Below are positions 20,518 to 32,000 of a stretch of 32,000 nucleotides of DNA, piece after piece (positions within the stretch are counted from its first letter, which is position 1; each line of letters starts with the position of its first letter). Made by a program: the position numbers and the translations under genes. Source of the DNA: Escherichia coli (lineage in GTDB: Bacteria > Pseudomonadota > Gammaproteobacteria > Enterobacterales > Enterobacteriaceae); the NCBI RefSeq assembly GCF_018884465.1, contig NZ_CP035860.1. One strand, given 5' to 3'. The notes beneath the pieces are model-generated. The model was not told the DNA's origin, did not search any database, and saw only the letters and a program-made list of their open reading frames with translations.

Positions 20518-20778
<261 letters not shown>

Positions 20779-20794
20779 TAGTTATTTAACGACA

Positions 20795-20816
20795 GCGCCC
20801 TTCGGGGCGCTTTTTT
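20795..20816 (+). terminator. Terminator after the coat gene, copy 3
   Basis: GCGCCC-TTCG-GGGCGC-TTTTTT. Confidence 0.75.
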
Positions 20817-20820
20817 AATC

Positions 20821-22158
20821 ATGCCAGGAGTGTTTTGCTTGATTCGTTTTATTATTCCGCTTCTGTTTTTGTTCTTTTCTTCGCTTTCTTTTGCTGAGGA
20901 GAAAGAAGATCCGGATAAGCTTGTTCAGTGTTTTGGCCGTTTCGACTGCAGAACAGCTTATTCAGATGCGGGAGCATCGATTAAATTAGCCAGGGGAGCT
21001 GGTCATATTTATTGTGGTTCCGGTAGTTACGATGCGTGCTCCGGAATAATTCATTATTGCGGTAATAGGCTATCAGACTCGTCTCAAGCGCCTTCCACCG
21101 TTGGGGTTTTTGTCCATGCCCGGTGGTTCGCATATAAAGTCTGGGATTTAGAGAAGCGAGAGTGGAGTACCTGCACTCTTGAATATCAGGGTGGTGAGGG
21201 GGATTTGACACCTGAATATAATAAGCCGCCAACTGACGAGATTTGTCTTTCTCGTCCGGTTCTTGATGGTATGACTTTTCCTGGTGTTTATAAAGGTGAT
21301 GACGGGACCCGTTATGTTAATGTGCAGGGGTGTATTTATGAGGCAACCGGCAATCCTTTTATTTGTAATCCCGATGATGATACGGTTTGTACTGCCAACT
21401 GGAAACCAGTTGCTGTAGATCCTGCATTCTCCGATGATAAGGAGGATGACGGTAGCTCAGGTGGTGGCAGTTCCGGTGGTGGTAACTCAGGCGGCGGCAG
21501 CTCAGGTGGTGGCAGTTCTGGCGGTGGCAGCTCAGGTGGCGGCAGTTCCGGTGGTGGTAACTCAGGCGGCGGCAGCTCAGGTGGTGGCAGTTCTGGCGGT
21601 GGTAGCATAGGTGGTGGCAGTTCCGGTGGTGGTAACTCAGGCGGCGGCAGCTCAGGTGGTGGCAGTTCCGGTGGTGGTAACTCAGGCGGTGGCAGTTCCT
21701 CCGGCGACGGCTGGCTTGGTGATATTCTTGGCTGGTTGCAGCGTATTTGGGTTTCAGTGAATGATTTAAATAATGCTTTTTCTGTTTCTCAGGCTGATAT
21801 TACCAGTGCGGTTAGTTCTTATGATTCACAGTTAAATGAATTAATTCATTCTGTAACGCCTGAACAGGATGATATGTCTTCATTTGCTGACAGGCTTTTC
21901 AGCCTTCTTCCTGATGAGTGGCTTTATATTAATTTTGATAAATTACTTTTAACTGGTGAACTGCGTCGTTCTGGTGCTCAGCCAGTTCAGATTGAATTTC
22001 CGGGAATAAATGGGCTGTATTTTACAATTGACACATCTGATTTTGCTTCAGTTTATGATGACATTATCAGGCCTTTATTAGAGTATGCTCTTTATGCATT
22101 AACGACTTTGCGTTGTTATTTTATTGTTCGTCGTGTTCTTTTTGTTGACAGGGGGTAA
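20821..22158 (+). CDS. pIII-like adsorption protein, copy 3
   Basis: Identical translation. Confidence 0.85.
   Translation: MPGVFCLIRFIIPLLFLFFSSLSFAEEKEDPDKLVQCFGRFDCRTAYSDAGASIKLARGAGHIYCGSGSYDACSGIIHYCGNRLSDSSQAPSTVGVFVHARWFAYKVWDLEKREWSTCTLEYQGGEGDLTPEYNKPPTDEICLSRPVLDGMTFPGVYKGDDGTRYVNVQGCIYEATGNPFICNPDDDTVCTANWKPVAVDPAFSDDKEDDGSSGGGSSGGGNSGGGSSGGGSSGGGSSGGGSSGGGNSGGGSSGGGSSGGGSIGGGSSGGGNSGGGSSGGGSSGGGNSGGGSSSGDGWLGDILGWLQRIWVSVNDLNNAFSVSQADITSAVSSYDSQLNELIHSVTPEQDDMSSFADRLFSLLPDEWLYINFDKLLLTGELRRSGAQPVQIEFPGINGLYFTIDTSDFASVYDDIIRPLLEYALYALTTLRCYFIVRRVLFVDRG
21451..21703 (+). repeat. 15-bp (S/N)SGGG tandem repeat, copy 3
   Basis: Same as 4794-5046. Confidence 0.9.
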
Positions 22159-22160
22159 TA

Positions 22161-23862
<1,702 letters not shown>

Positions 23863-23883
23863 TGCTAAGCGGGTTTTTCCTGA

Positions 23884-25131
<1,248 letters not shown>

Positions 25132-25184
25132 GTGCCGACCGGGATTATCAGGACGCGGCATCTCAGTTTACCCACCACAACGTC

Positions 25185-25212
25185 AGTGCGCATAATGTAT
25201 ATTATGTTAAAT
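25185..25212. other. dif: attR: regenerated dif site (phage XerC arm + chromosomal centre and XerD arm)
   Basis: AGTGCGCATAATGTATATTATGTTAAAT matches the E. coli dif consensus GGTGCGCATAATGTATATTATGTTAAAT at 27 of 28 positions. Confidence 0.9.
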
Positions 25213-25303
25213 TTAGTCCGTCGGTCATTTAGTTCATAACCGGCCACAGGATACGATTAATCATACACTTACCTACCCCTCTATCTTCTTCTTGCAGGAC
25301 GTT

Positions 25304-25834
25304 ATGTTTGTCGGTTACTTTGTTCATATCCACACCATTGATAAGGTTAAGTGCCGCGTGTTCATACTTACACAACTCAATATCAACCAACGGCAGCGTT
25401 TATGGGCACTGATGGATACTCACACGCGCCAGCCGCTTTTATATCCGTTAATATATCTTATCGACCATCTTGCTTTGCGTTCATCAGCCACGCAATCCGC
25501 TTCACTTCAAGCGCTCAAGTTTTTCTATGAATTCTGGCACCAGAAACATGGTGTGACTTTTTGCTTCAGTTTCTATTCCTCGAACCACAATCCATTGATT
25601 GCCATTGATGAACTTACAGCCTTTTTTCATTATCTGGAAAATACGCATTTATATGTACCAGCGTTAACCATAAGGTCTACTACGCAGACCACGCCTCAAC
25701 GTTGTACAAATATCAGGCATGTACATTCGGTTATCCGACCTTCTTTGTCTCCCTGTCGCGCTGGCGTGCCCGAGAATGGTTATATCGTTGCTCTTCGCAT
25801 TCCAGCCGAGCCTAAGCAATACACTGAAAATTAA
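25304..25834 (+). CDS. Hypothetical protein; possible N-terminal remnant of a tyrosine recombinase/integrase
   Basis: ATG at 25304 inside the track ORF. The segment LALRSSATQSASLQALKFFYEFWHQKHG...IDELTAFFHYLEN resembles the SAM-like N-terminal domain of integrases. No catalytic R..HxxR..Y region follows, and the tail looks low-quality. Confidence 0.3.
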   Translation: MFVGYFVHIHTIDKVKCRVFILTQLNINQRQRLWALMDTHTRQPLLYPLIYLIDHLALRSSATQSASLQALKFFYEFWHQKHGVTFCFSFYSSNHNPLIAIDELTAFFHYLENTHLYVPALTIRSTTQTTPQRCTNIRHVHSVIRPSLSPCRAGVPENGYIVALRIPAEPKQYTEN

Positions 25835-25912
25835 TCGTGAATTTCCCCGCGATAAAAAGTGGGTTAACGCTTATTATTTCTGCACTTAGCATATAGGGAA
25901 TTCAGGATATCT

Positions 25913-28900
25913 ATGTTTGGAAAGCTCCTTAACAGCGTGACCTGGCAGGTCAGAGCTGACCTCCGCCGCAAACTCAAAGCCAACCGGGATCATAAAAATC
26001 TCAGCTGGAATCTGGCGGAAAGGCTGCAGGTTTATTGCTCCACGCATTACATTCGGGCCATGCTGATACTCTGGGGAGTGGCAGCCGGCGCGGTGGCGGT
26101 GGCTCACTATGCCCGCCCTGTCTTTGATCCGTTTGCCCGTCAACATTTTAAAGGTATTACCGCCTTGCCCGGGTGGATGTCCAGCCTGCTGGGAAGCCAG
26201 GTGACCCTCATCGGTATTGTGTTCCCGCTGGTTGTCGGTCTGATCAGTGTTCTTTTTCAGAAAAAATCATCCCGGATTCATATCCAGTCTGCCTATCAGC
26301 TGAATTCCGGGTATATGTTTGCAGGATTAAGCGCCCTTTCCCTGGCGGGCTTTATTCTGATGGCGGGGATAGCGTCGTCACTCGGGGATAACTATCTCAA
26401 TACTGCGATAGCGGTTACCGCCTTTATCTGGATGCTGTTCAATATCTTTCTGTCCATCTGGTTCTTTGTCACCAGTCTCAATGTCCTAGATGATGACAAA
26501 CGGGACCGTCTGATGAAAAAATACTATCAATCACAGATGGTGAGCCAGTATATACAGCAATCCATGATAAGATCCTGGTTGCAGTATCCGGGTCATTATA
26601 TTGGCAACCAGTATCTGAAAACGATAAAAATACTGCCCTACGCAGACGCCATGAACGACGGGATGAACACGCTTACCTGCCCCGTTAAGAAAAATGAAAT
26701 CGTAAAGGATATTTACCTGAGGCCACTACTTTTCCTTCTGAGACGATTACGGCCCGTTTCGGATCAGGAGGCTGAGATTGTGATTCTACCTTCGTCCGGC
26801 AGAGAAAACGGCAACTTAACCCTTTTGTCGGCAAAAGGAGTCATTACCTCCCAGCTGTGGAACTGGCTGTACAGACGTTGTATTCCGACGGGCATACCTC
26901 GGCAAAAGAAAGATTATAATGACATCCCCTATGATTTTTTTGGTGAGGCCTATGATGCCCTGAATGATAAAAACATTGGCATTTTTAAAATGGCTGTAAA
27001 AAGACTTACGGGAACCTACACGTCTGTCAAAAGGAGCTTTTGTTATGCTGACGGTAATTTTCTGGACGAACAGGACGCCTCAGGCCTGAGCTATTCTTTA
27101 AGCCAGTCGTTTCATTTTGAGTTAAGGCAGTTTATAAGGGAAACGGTAAAATCAACTGAGACGACGGGTGCCTACTTCAGTGAAGCGATGTATGTCCCCT
27201 TACACGTCTACAGGGAATCTGACAGCACCAGTTTCACGGATTTCAGACAGTTTATACAGTCGCTCTTTAGCGTATGGCACACCCTTACTGAATGGAAAGC
27301 AGGAAACGGCGGTACCCTATCCGTCAGCCAGGAGCAGACACACCAGGATCTGATCCGCAGTTTCATCAGTCTGTGGGAAGGCTGGAGTATGGGGGACGTC
27401 ATCGGTAAACCTGACGCCGGGGATTATGCCAGCCGCCTTTTATTCCATCTGCACTACACCGTAAGACTAATTATTCCTCCGGTAGTGGCCGACAATGTGT
27501 CGTCTGCAAGACATGCGCATGATGTGCTGTGTCTATGGAATGAGAAAAGTCGCTTCTCCCGGTACTGGGAGGAAGAATTTCGATGGCACAGCTTCTTCCT
27601 CAATCCTGATTATATTAATCTGGAACCTTCGGGCCCGCAATGGACCACGATGCTCAGGGGCGGTACGTATAATGAAAAGGCAGCATCAGCCATCATTTTC
27701 AGTAATGCCTTATGCGATATGCGGCTGTTGATATCAGGGTATATCGTTGCCAACCTAGAGCCCCAGGGGAATATTGATCTCGCTGACCTGGTTAACCGTC
27801 TGGGATTGTCGTCATTATTTGAAGAAAGGGATGACAATGACGCCGCCACGCCCGCTTTCAAAACGGCCACGGATATTATCGATATAATCCTGAGAATCGA
27901 ACATTACCGGCCGCAGAACCATGACAACTGGTATGGTGCCCTGTCAGAGACCATTGAAGCCCTGACCTCGTTTAATGAGAGACCGTTAATATCCGGCAGA
28001 GTCTATTCAGGGATAAAGGATGATCTGGATTCTCTTTATGGTGCGTTTGCGCTCCTGGCCATCCGGCTCGCCAGAACGTCAGAGCCTGTAACCGAACGCG
28101 TTTCGGAGGCACTGGCCGGGGGCCTGTTTTCTTATTTTCGTAAAGAGCAGATCATTCATACACTCGAAAGACTCAAACGAGACCCGTTTGTCCCTTATCA
28201 GGGGTATATGCTGTCGGCCGCCGAATATGCCGGACAGGTTCCCTTTTTCAATGGCATATTGGACCGGTATATTGAGGCGTTTAGCCGCAGCAGGACAGCT
28301 GATATCCTGGCAGCAGAAGTGGATACGGAACGACTGAGAAAGACCGATATTCGTCTGACGGCAGAGTTGCCAGGGGCGTTGTCAGAAGACCCTCTCCTTG
28401 CACGCTTCAACTTCACTGCGGACCCGGATTTCCGGCATGACTGGCAAATGAGGTGCTATTCGGCAGGAGTGCCCAGAGAATATGTGGCCCGCCATCTGAA
28501 CACGAATTTCTACGGCGATTTTCCTGCCACGGCAGACCTGAAGGGAAGCATGCTTCACCGGCTGCATTTTATGCTGGGTAAATTACCCTCCACCCTTAAT
28601 ACACCGGTAAGCAACCTGCCGGATCTGCTGCAGGCTGTCCGGCAGCACACAGCAGATCAGCGCGATTCTGTGCTCATTATTTATGGTTCCCGGTTCAGTG
28701 ACGAATTACGGGAGCTGAGTTACCAGCCGGACAGGCATGCTGCGCTAAATCTACAGATTGATACCCCTGTCCGGGGTGTCCACGGACTGCCCGTCAGGAT
28801 CAATAACTGTCTCATTTATCAGGTTCGCCATGCCCTGCAGAATTATTCCCTGCTGGTCAACAGGGAAACCTTTGGTGAACTGAAGCTGTTCCGGTATCCG

Positions 28901-29026
28901 GATGGCACGCTTTTCAATACCTTCTATCGCAGTAGCGCCGATCCGCTTGAGGGGGAGCTTAGAACGGTGTGGGAATTTGACATGCAGGTAAAAGGCCCCT
29001 TGGCCGGCCGGTTCGACCACCTTTGA
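25913..29026 (+). CDS. Large membrane-anchored protein of unknown function (1,037 aa; 4 predicted N-terminal TM helices + ~845-aa soluble region)
   Basis: Long uninterrupted ORF with its own terminator. TM candidates fall at about aa 48-66, 90-115, 133-157 and 163-190. I can see no Walker, nuclease, HUH or other recognisable motif. Confidence 0.85.
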   Translation: MFGKLLNSVTWQVRADLRRKLKANRDHKNLSWNLAERLQVYCSTHYIRAMLILWGVAAGAVAVAHYARPVFDPFARQHFKGITALPGWMSSLLGSQVTLIGIVFPLVVGLISVLFQKKSSRIHIQSAYQLNSGYMFAGLSALSLAGFILMAGIASSLGDNYLNTAIAVTAFIWMLFNIFLSIWFFVTSLNVLDDDKRDRLMKKYYQSQMVSQYIQQSMIRSWLQYPGHYIGNQYLKTIKILPYADAMNDGMNTLTCPVKKNEIVKDIYLRPLLFLLRRLRPVSDQEAEIVILPSSGRENGNLTLLSAKGVITSQLWNWLYRRCIPTGIPRQKKDYNDIPYDFFGEAYDALNDKNIGIFKMAVKRLTGTYTSVKRSFCYADGNFLDEQDASGLSYSLSQSFHFELRQFIRETVKSTETTGAYFSEAMYVPLHVYRESDSTSFTDFRQFIQSLFSVWHTLTEWKAGNGGTLSVSQEQTHQDLIRSFISLWEGWSMGDVIGKPDAGDYASRLLFHLHYTVRLIIPPVVADNVSSARHAHDVLCLWNEKSRFSRYWEEEFRWHSFFLNPDYINLEPSGPQWTTMLRGGTYNEKAASAIIFSNALCDMRLLISGYIVANLEPQGNIDLADLVNRLGLSSLFEERDDNDAATPAFKTATDIIDIILRIEHYRPQNHDNWYGALSETIEALTSFNERPLISGRVYSGIKDDLDSLYGAFALLAIRLARTSEPVTERVSEALAGGLFSYFRKEQIIHTLERLKRDPFVPYQGYMLSAAEYAGQVPFFNGILDRYIEAFSRSRTADILAAEVDTERLRKTDIRLTAELPGALSEDPLLARFNFTADPDFRHDWQMRCYSAGVPREYVARHLNTNFYGDFPATADLKGSMLHRLHFMLGKLPSTLNTPVSNLPDLLQAVRQHTADQRDSVLIIYGSRFSDELRELSYQPDRHAALNLQIDTPVRGVHGLPVRINNCLIYQVRHALQNYSLLVNRETFGELKLFRYPDGTLFNTFYRSSADPLEGELRTVWEFDMQVKGPLAGRFDHL

Positions 29027-29038
29027 TTTCATCCTTCC

Positions 29039-29066
29039 GGCGACGCAGACAAGGCGTCGCCTTTTT
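29039..29066 (+). terminator. Rho-independent terminator of the 1,037-aa gene
   Basis: GGCGACGC-agacaag-GCGTCGCC followed by TTTTT, 12 nt after the stop. Confidence 0.75.
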
Positions 29067-29291
29067 ATGCTTATATGCTAATAATGAAAGTATTTACTTT
29101 AAATATTTGCAATAATCTCTTATTCACAATAGTTTTGATTCATTAGTGCTTTATCTGTACTAACTTTCTCTCCTCCTCCGCTAAGATCCGAAAAATGCCA
29201 GATCCAGAAGTGAAGTAACGCAGCGACTGAAAATAAAATAGAGAGAGTTTTCAATCCGCATGACTTTAAAAAAGACAATTTTTAGAAATAA

Positions 29292-29319
29292 GCCGGATAA
29301 AAAAATAGCTTTATCCGGC
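29292..29319 (-). terminator. Hairpin terminator downstream of corA
   Basis: GCCGGATAA/TTATCCGGC stem, T-rich after the stem on the minus strand, 8 nt after the corA stop. Confidence 0.6.
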
Positions 29320-29326
29320 ACTCATA

Positions 29327-30277
29327 TTACAACCAGTTCTTCCGCTTAAAGTACAGATACGGTGCCAGGCCCGCGAGGATCATAAAGATAATCGCGGCAG
29401 GGTAGCCGAAGCTCCACTTCAGTTCTGGCATAAACTCAAAGTTCATGCCATAGCTGGAAGCAACGAGCGTCGGCGGCAGGAATACCACGGATACCACCGA
29501 GAAGATTTTGATGATGCGGTTCTGCTCGATGTTGATAAAACCCATTGCCGCCTGCATCAGGAAGTTCACCTTCTGGAACAGGGATTCGTTATGCGGCAGC
29601 AGGGATTCGATATCTCGCAGGATTTCACGCGCCTGCTCCAGTTGCCCACCCGGTAAACGCGCTTTACGCACCAGGAAGTTGAGCGCGCGCTGGGTATCCA
29701 TCAGACACAGGCGAACTTTCCAGCCGATATCTTCCAGTTCCGCCAGAGTGGAGAGCGCCTCGTCGTACTCATCGCCCTGATGCCCTTCCATAATCACCCG
29801 GCTCAACTGCTCCAGGTCGCTATAGATATTTTCAATTTCATCTGCCAACTGTTCGATTTTGGTTTCGAACAGATCCAGCAGCAACTCGTAGGCGTTACCG
29901 TCTACCATCGACTGGCTACGGGCACGCATACGATACAGACGAAAAGCGGGCAGTTCACGCTCACGCAGAGTAAACAGACGACCATCACGGATGGTAAATG
30001 CCACAGTGGAGTTACCGGCGTGATCTTCCGCATCTTCAAAGAAGAAGAAGGAGTGAATATGCAGGCCGTCGTCGTCTTCAAAGAAACGTGCCGATGCTTC
30101 GATGTCTTCCAGTTCCGGGCGGGTTGCCAGGCTCTGGCCAAGTTCAGATTGTAAGCGCAGTCGCTCGTCGTCGTCCGGTTCGACAAGATCAATCCATACT
30201 GCATTTACAAGGGGTTGTGACTCTTCGACTTCTAGCCGGGTCAGTCGGTTATTTTCCAGTTGAAATGCGCTCAGCAT
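29327..30277 (-). CDS. corA: Magnesium/cobalt transporter CorA (316 aa)
   Basis: [31 protein letters not shown]...[13 protein letters not shown]...YFKRKNWL. I recognise this as E. coli CorA, with the GMN motif and two C-terminal TM helices. The start is taken at MLSAFQ, not the upstream ATG of the track ORF. Confidence 0.95.
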   Translation of the reverse strand: MLSAFQLENNRLTRLEVEESQPLVNAVWIDLVEPDDDERLRLQSELGQSLATRPELEDIEASARFFEDDDGLHIHSFFFFEDAEDHAGNSTVAFTIRDGRLFTLRERELPAFRLYRMRARSQSMVDGNAYELLLDLFETKIEQLADEIENIYSDLEQLSRVIMEGHQGDEYDEALSTLAELEDIGWKVRLCLMDTQRALNFLVRKARLPGGQLEQAREILRDIESLLPHNESLFQKVNFLMQAAMGFINIEQNRIIKIFSVVSVVFLPPTLVASSYGMNFEFMPELKWSFGYPAAIIFMILAGLAPYLYFKRKNWL

Positions 30278-30676
30278 GACCGGGACTCCCAATGCTTAAA
30301 ATATCGGACAGTTCGGTGGGCACACAGAAACAAATTGGGTTTCAGACCATTAAACAGCCTGACTCAGCGCGACGGGAAAAATTGAGGTCGCTGACAACCG
30401 CTAAGGCTATCAGCAAAAAGGGATAGCCTTAGGAGTTGATCCTGGATGACAGGATAGTGAGCCAGTATCTACTGGGTGTGTCCAAGGCGAATGTCCTCTT
30501 AGAGTGATCGTGCGCGCATGTTACGCCAGCAAAATTTTGCCGTCAACACGCAACAGAACACCACAGAACAATAGTTGAACTTCGCGCTTTTTGGTACTCG
30601 TCAAGGTCGCTAACAGGATAAAAAAATCCCACATCCAGGACCTATAATGGCGCATCAGCTACTCATTGGTAAAGGA

Positions 30677-30934
30677 ATGATCACCTTGAATCTCAAACGG
30701 ATTTTTCTCGCCCTCACCTTACTTCCCTTGTTTGCTGTTGCCGCTGATGATTGCGCACTCTCAGATCCGACGCTGACCGTACAGGCGTATACCGTTAATC
30801 CTCAAACAGAGCGGGTGAAAATGTACTGGCAAAAAGCCAATGGCGAAGCGTGGGGAACGTTACATGCTCTGCTGGCGGATATTAATAGTCAGGGTCAGGT
30901 GCAGATGGCGATGAACGGCGGCATCTATGATGAA
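30677..30934 (+). pseudogene. yigE: 5' fragment (~86 codons) of yigE-like DUF2233 periplasmic protein gene, truncated by IS1
   Basis: It is divergent from corA, as yigE is in K-12. The signal peptide is MITLNLKRIFLALTLLPLFAVA|ADD. The reading frame runs straight into the IS1 left end at ..AMNGGIYDE, and all three frames close within 100 nt after IS1. Confidence 0.6.
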
Positions 30935-30989
30935 GGTGATGCTGCCAACTTACTGATTTAGTGTATGATGGTGTTTTTGAGGTGCTCCA

Positions 30990-31265
30990 GTGGCTTCTGT
31001 TTCTATCAGCTGTCCCTCCTGTTCAGCTACTGACGGGGTGGTGCGTAACGGCAAAAGCACCGCCGGACATCAGCGCTATCTCTGCTCTCACTGCCGTAAA
31101 ACATGGCAACTGCAGTTCACTTACACCGCTTCTCAACCCGGTACGCACCAGAAAATCATTGATATGGCCATGAATGGCGTTGGATGCCGGGCAACAGCCC
31201 GCATTATGGGCGTTGGCCTCAACACGATTTTACGTCACTTAAAAAACTCAGGCCGCAGTCGGTAA
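30990..31265 (+). CDS. insA: IS1 InsA (91 aa, GTG start)
   Basis: [43 protein letters not shown]... matches IS1 InsA as I remember it. Confidence 0.9.
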
Positions 31266-31686
31266 CCTCGCGCATACAGCCGGGCAGTGACGTCATCGTC
31301 TGCGCGGAAATGGACGAACAGTGGGGATACGTCGGGGCTAAATCGCGCCAGCGCTGGCTGTTTTACGCGTATGACAGGCTCCGGAAGACGGTTGTTGCGC
31401 ACGTATTCGGTGAACGCACTATGGCGACGCTGGGGCGTCTTATGAGCCTGCTGTCACCCTTTGACGTGGTGATATGGATGACGGATGGCTGGCCGCTGTA
31501 TGAATCCCGCCTGAAGGGAAAGCTGCACGTAATCAGCAAGCGATATACGCAGCGAATGAGCGGCATAACCTGAATCTGAGGCAGCACCTGGCACGGCTGG
31601 GACGGAAGTCGCTGTCGTTCTCAAAATCGGTGGAGCTGCATGACAAAGTCATCGGGCATTATCTGAACATAAAACACTATCAATAA
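31184..31686 (+). pseudogene. insB: IS1 insB with a 1-nt deletion (frameshifted)
   Basis: The ORF ends ..[13 protein letters not shown] where canonical InsB reads ..[24 protein letters not shown]...HYQ. The sequence cgaatgagcgg replaces the expected cgaattgagcgg, and the canonical tail continues in another frame to the TAA at 31684-31686. This is consistent with 767 rather than 768 bp. Confidence 0.8.
31241..31247 (+). promoter_or_regulatory. IS1 programmed -1 frameshift motif (AAAAAAC)
   Basis: TTAAAAAACTC lies in the insA/insB overlap. This is the known site for InsAB' production. Confidence 0.7.
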
Positions 31687-31836
31687 GTTGGAGTCATTAC
31701 CCTATTCGTCAATCGTTCGAAAATTAATTCATTGCCATTTGCTGTTTTTTTACCAATGTTTTGAAGCTGTTGGGGGCACTTCATAGCTACACGGATTGGG
31801 TTTGTCCGCTTCTGGCACAAAGCGGACGTGCTGTGT

Positions 31837-32000
<164 letters not shown>

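Larger units (their letters stand above)
30935..31701 (+). mobile_element. IS1 element (767 bp)
   Basis: Terminal inverted repeats are GGTGATGCTGCCAACTTACTGAT ... ATCAATAAGTTGGAGTCATTACC. It carries insA and insB reading frames and the A6C frameshift motif. Confidence 0.95.

Noticed and set aside
25886-26146. Minus-strand ORF overlapping the start of the 1,037-aa gene; internal ORFs 26173-26391, 27168-27870 and 28198-29032
   Set aside because: All are embedded in, or antisense to, a 3.1-kb uninterrupted ORF, and nothing independent supports them.
29508-30279. ORFs 29508-29780, 29780-30154, 29902-30204 and 29998-30279 around corA
   Set aside because: They lie in alternative frames or antisense to the confidently identified corA CDS.
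30961-31587. ORFs 30961-31173 (+) and 31363-31587 (-) inside IS1
   Set aside because: These are alternative frames of the known insA/insB coding region. The IS1 organisation is well established.

Overview
E. coli/Shigella-type chromosomal window. Most of it (198-25184) is a head-to-tail array of three near-identical copies (8,328 / 8,330 / 8,329 bp) of a filamentous (inovirus-type) prophage. The array sits in the chromosomal dif site, 76 nt downstream of the hipA stop codon. Each unit has a leftward regulatory module: an RHH-like repressor plus a 51-aa membrane peptide that is missing from the ORF track. Each unit also has a rightward operon: small ORF, HUH rolling-circle Rep, 141-aa protein, two small TM proteins, signal-peptide major coat protein, terminator, Gly/Ser-repeat pIII-like adsorption protein, pVI-like protein, Zot/pI-like assembly ATPase, structured intergenic region, pIV-like secretin. 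There is no integrase. Each internal junction carries two inverted dif-like sites around a GC-rich stem. This gives a 96-nt forked palindrome, as in the CTXphi single-strand attP, which points to XerCD-dependent integration. I found four differences between the copies: one A/G SNP in Rep and three 1-nt indels in G5/C5 runs. Two of the indels break the pI gene of copy 1. Right of the regenerated dif (25185-25212) lie a possible tyrosine-recombinase N-terminal remnant and an orphan 1,037-aa protein with 4 TM helices and no motif I recognise. These are followed by corA, a 5' fragment of yigE, and an IS1 (767 bp, insB frameshifted, no target-site duplication). hipA-dif and corA-yigE are about 2.4 Mb apart in K-12, so this locus is rearranged, strain-specific or mis-assembled. 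All family assignments come from motifs, architecture and synteny read by eye; no database search was possible.
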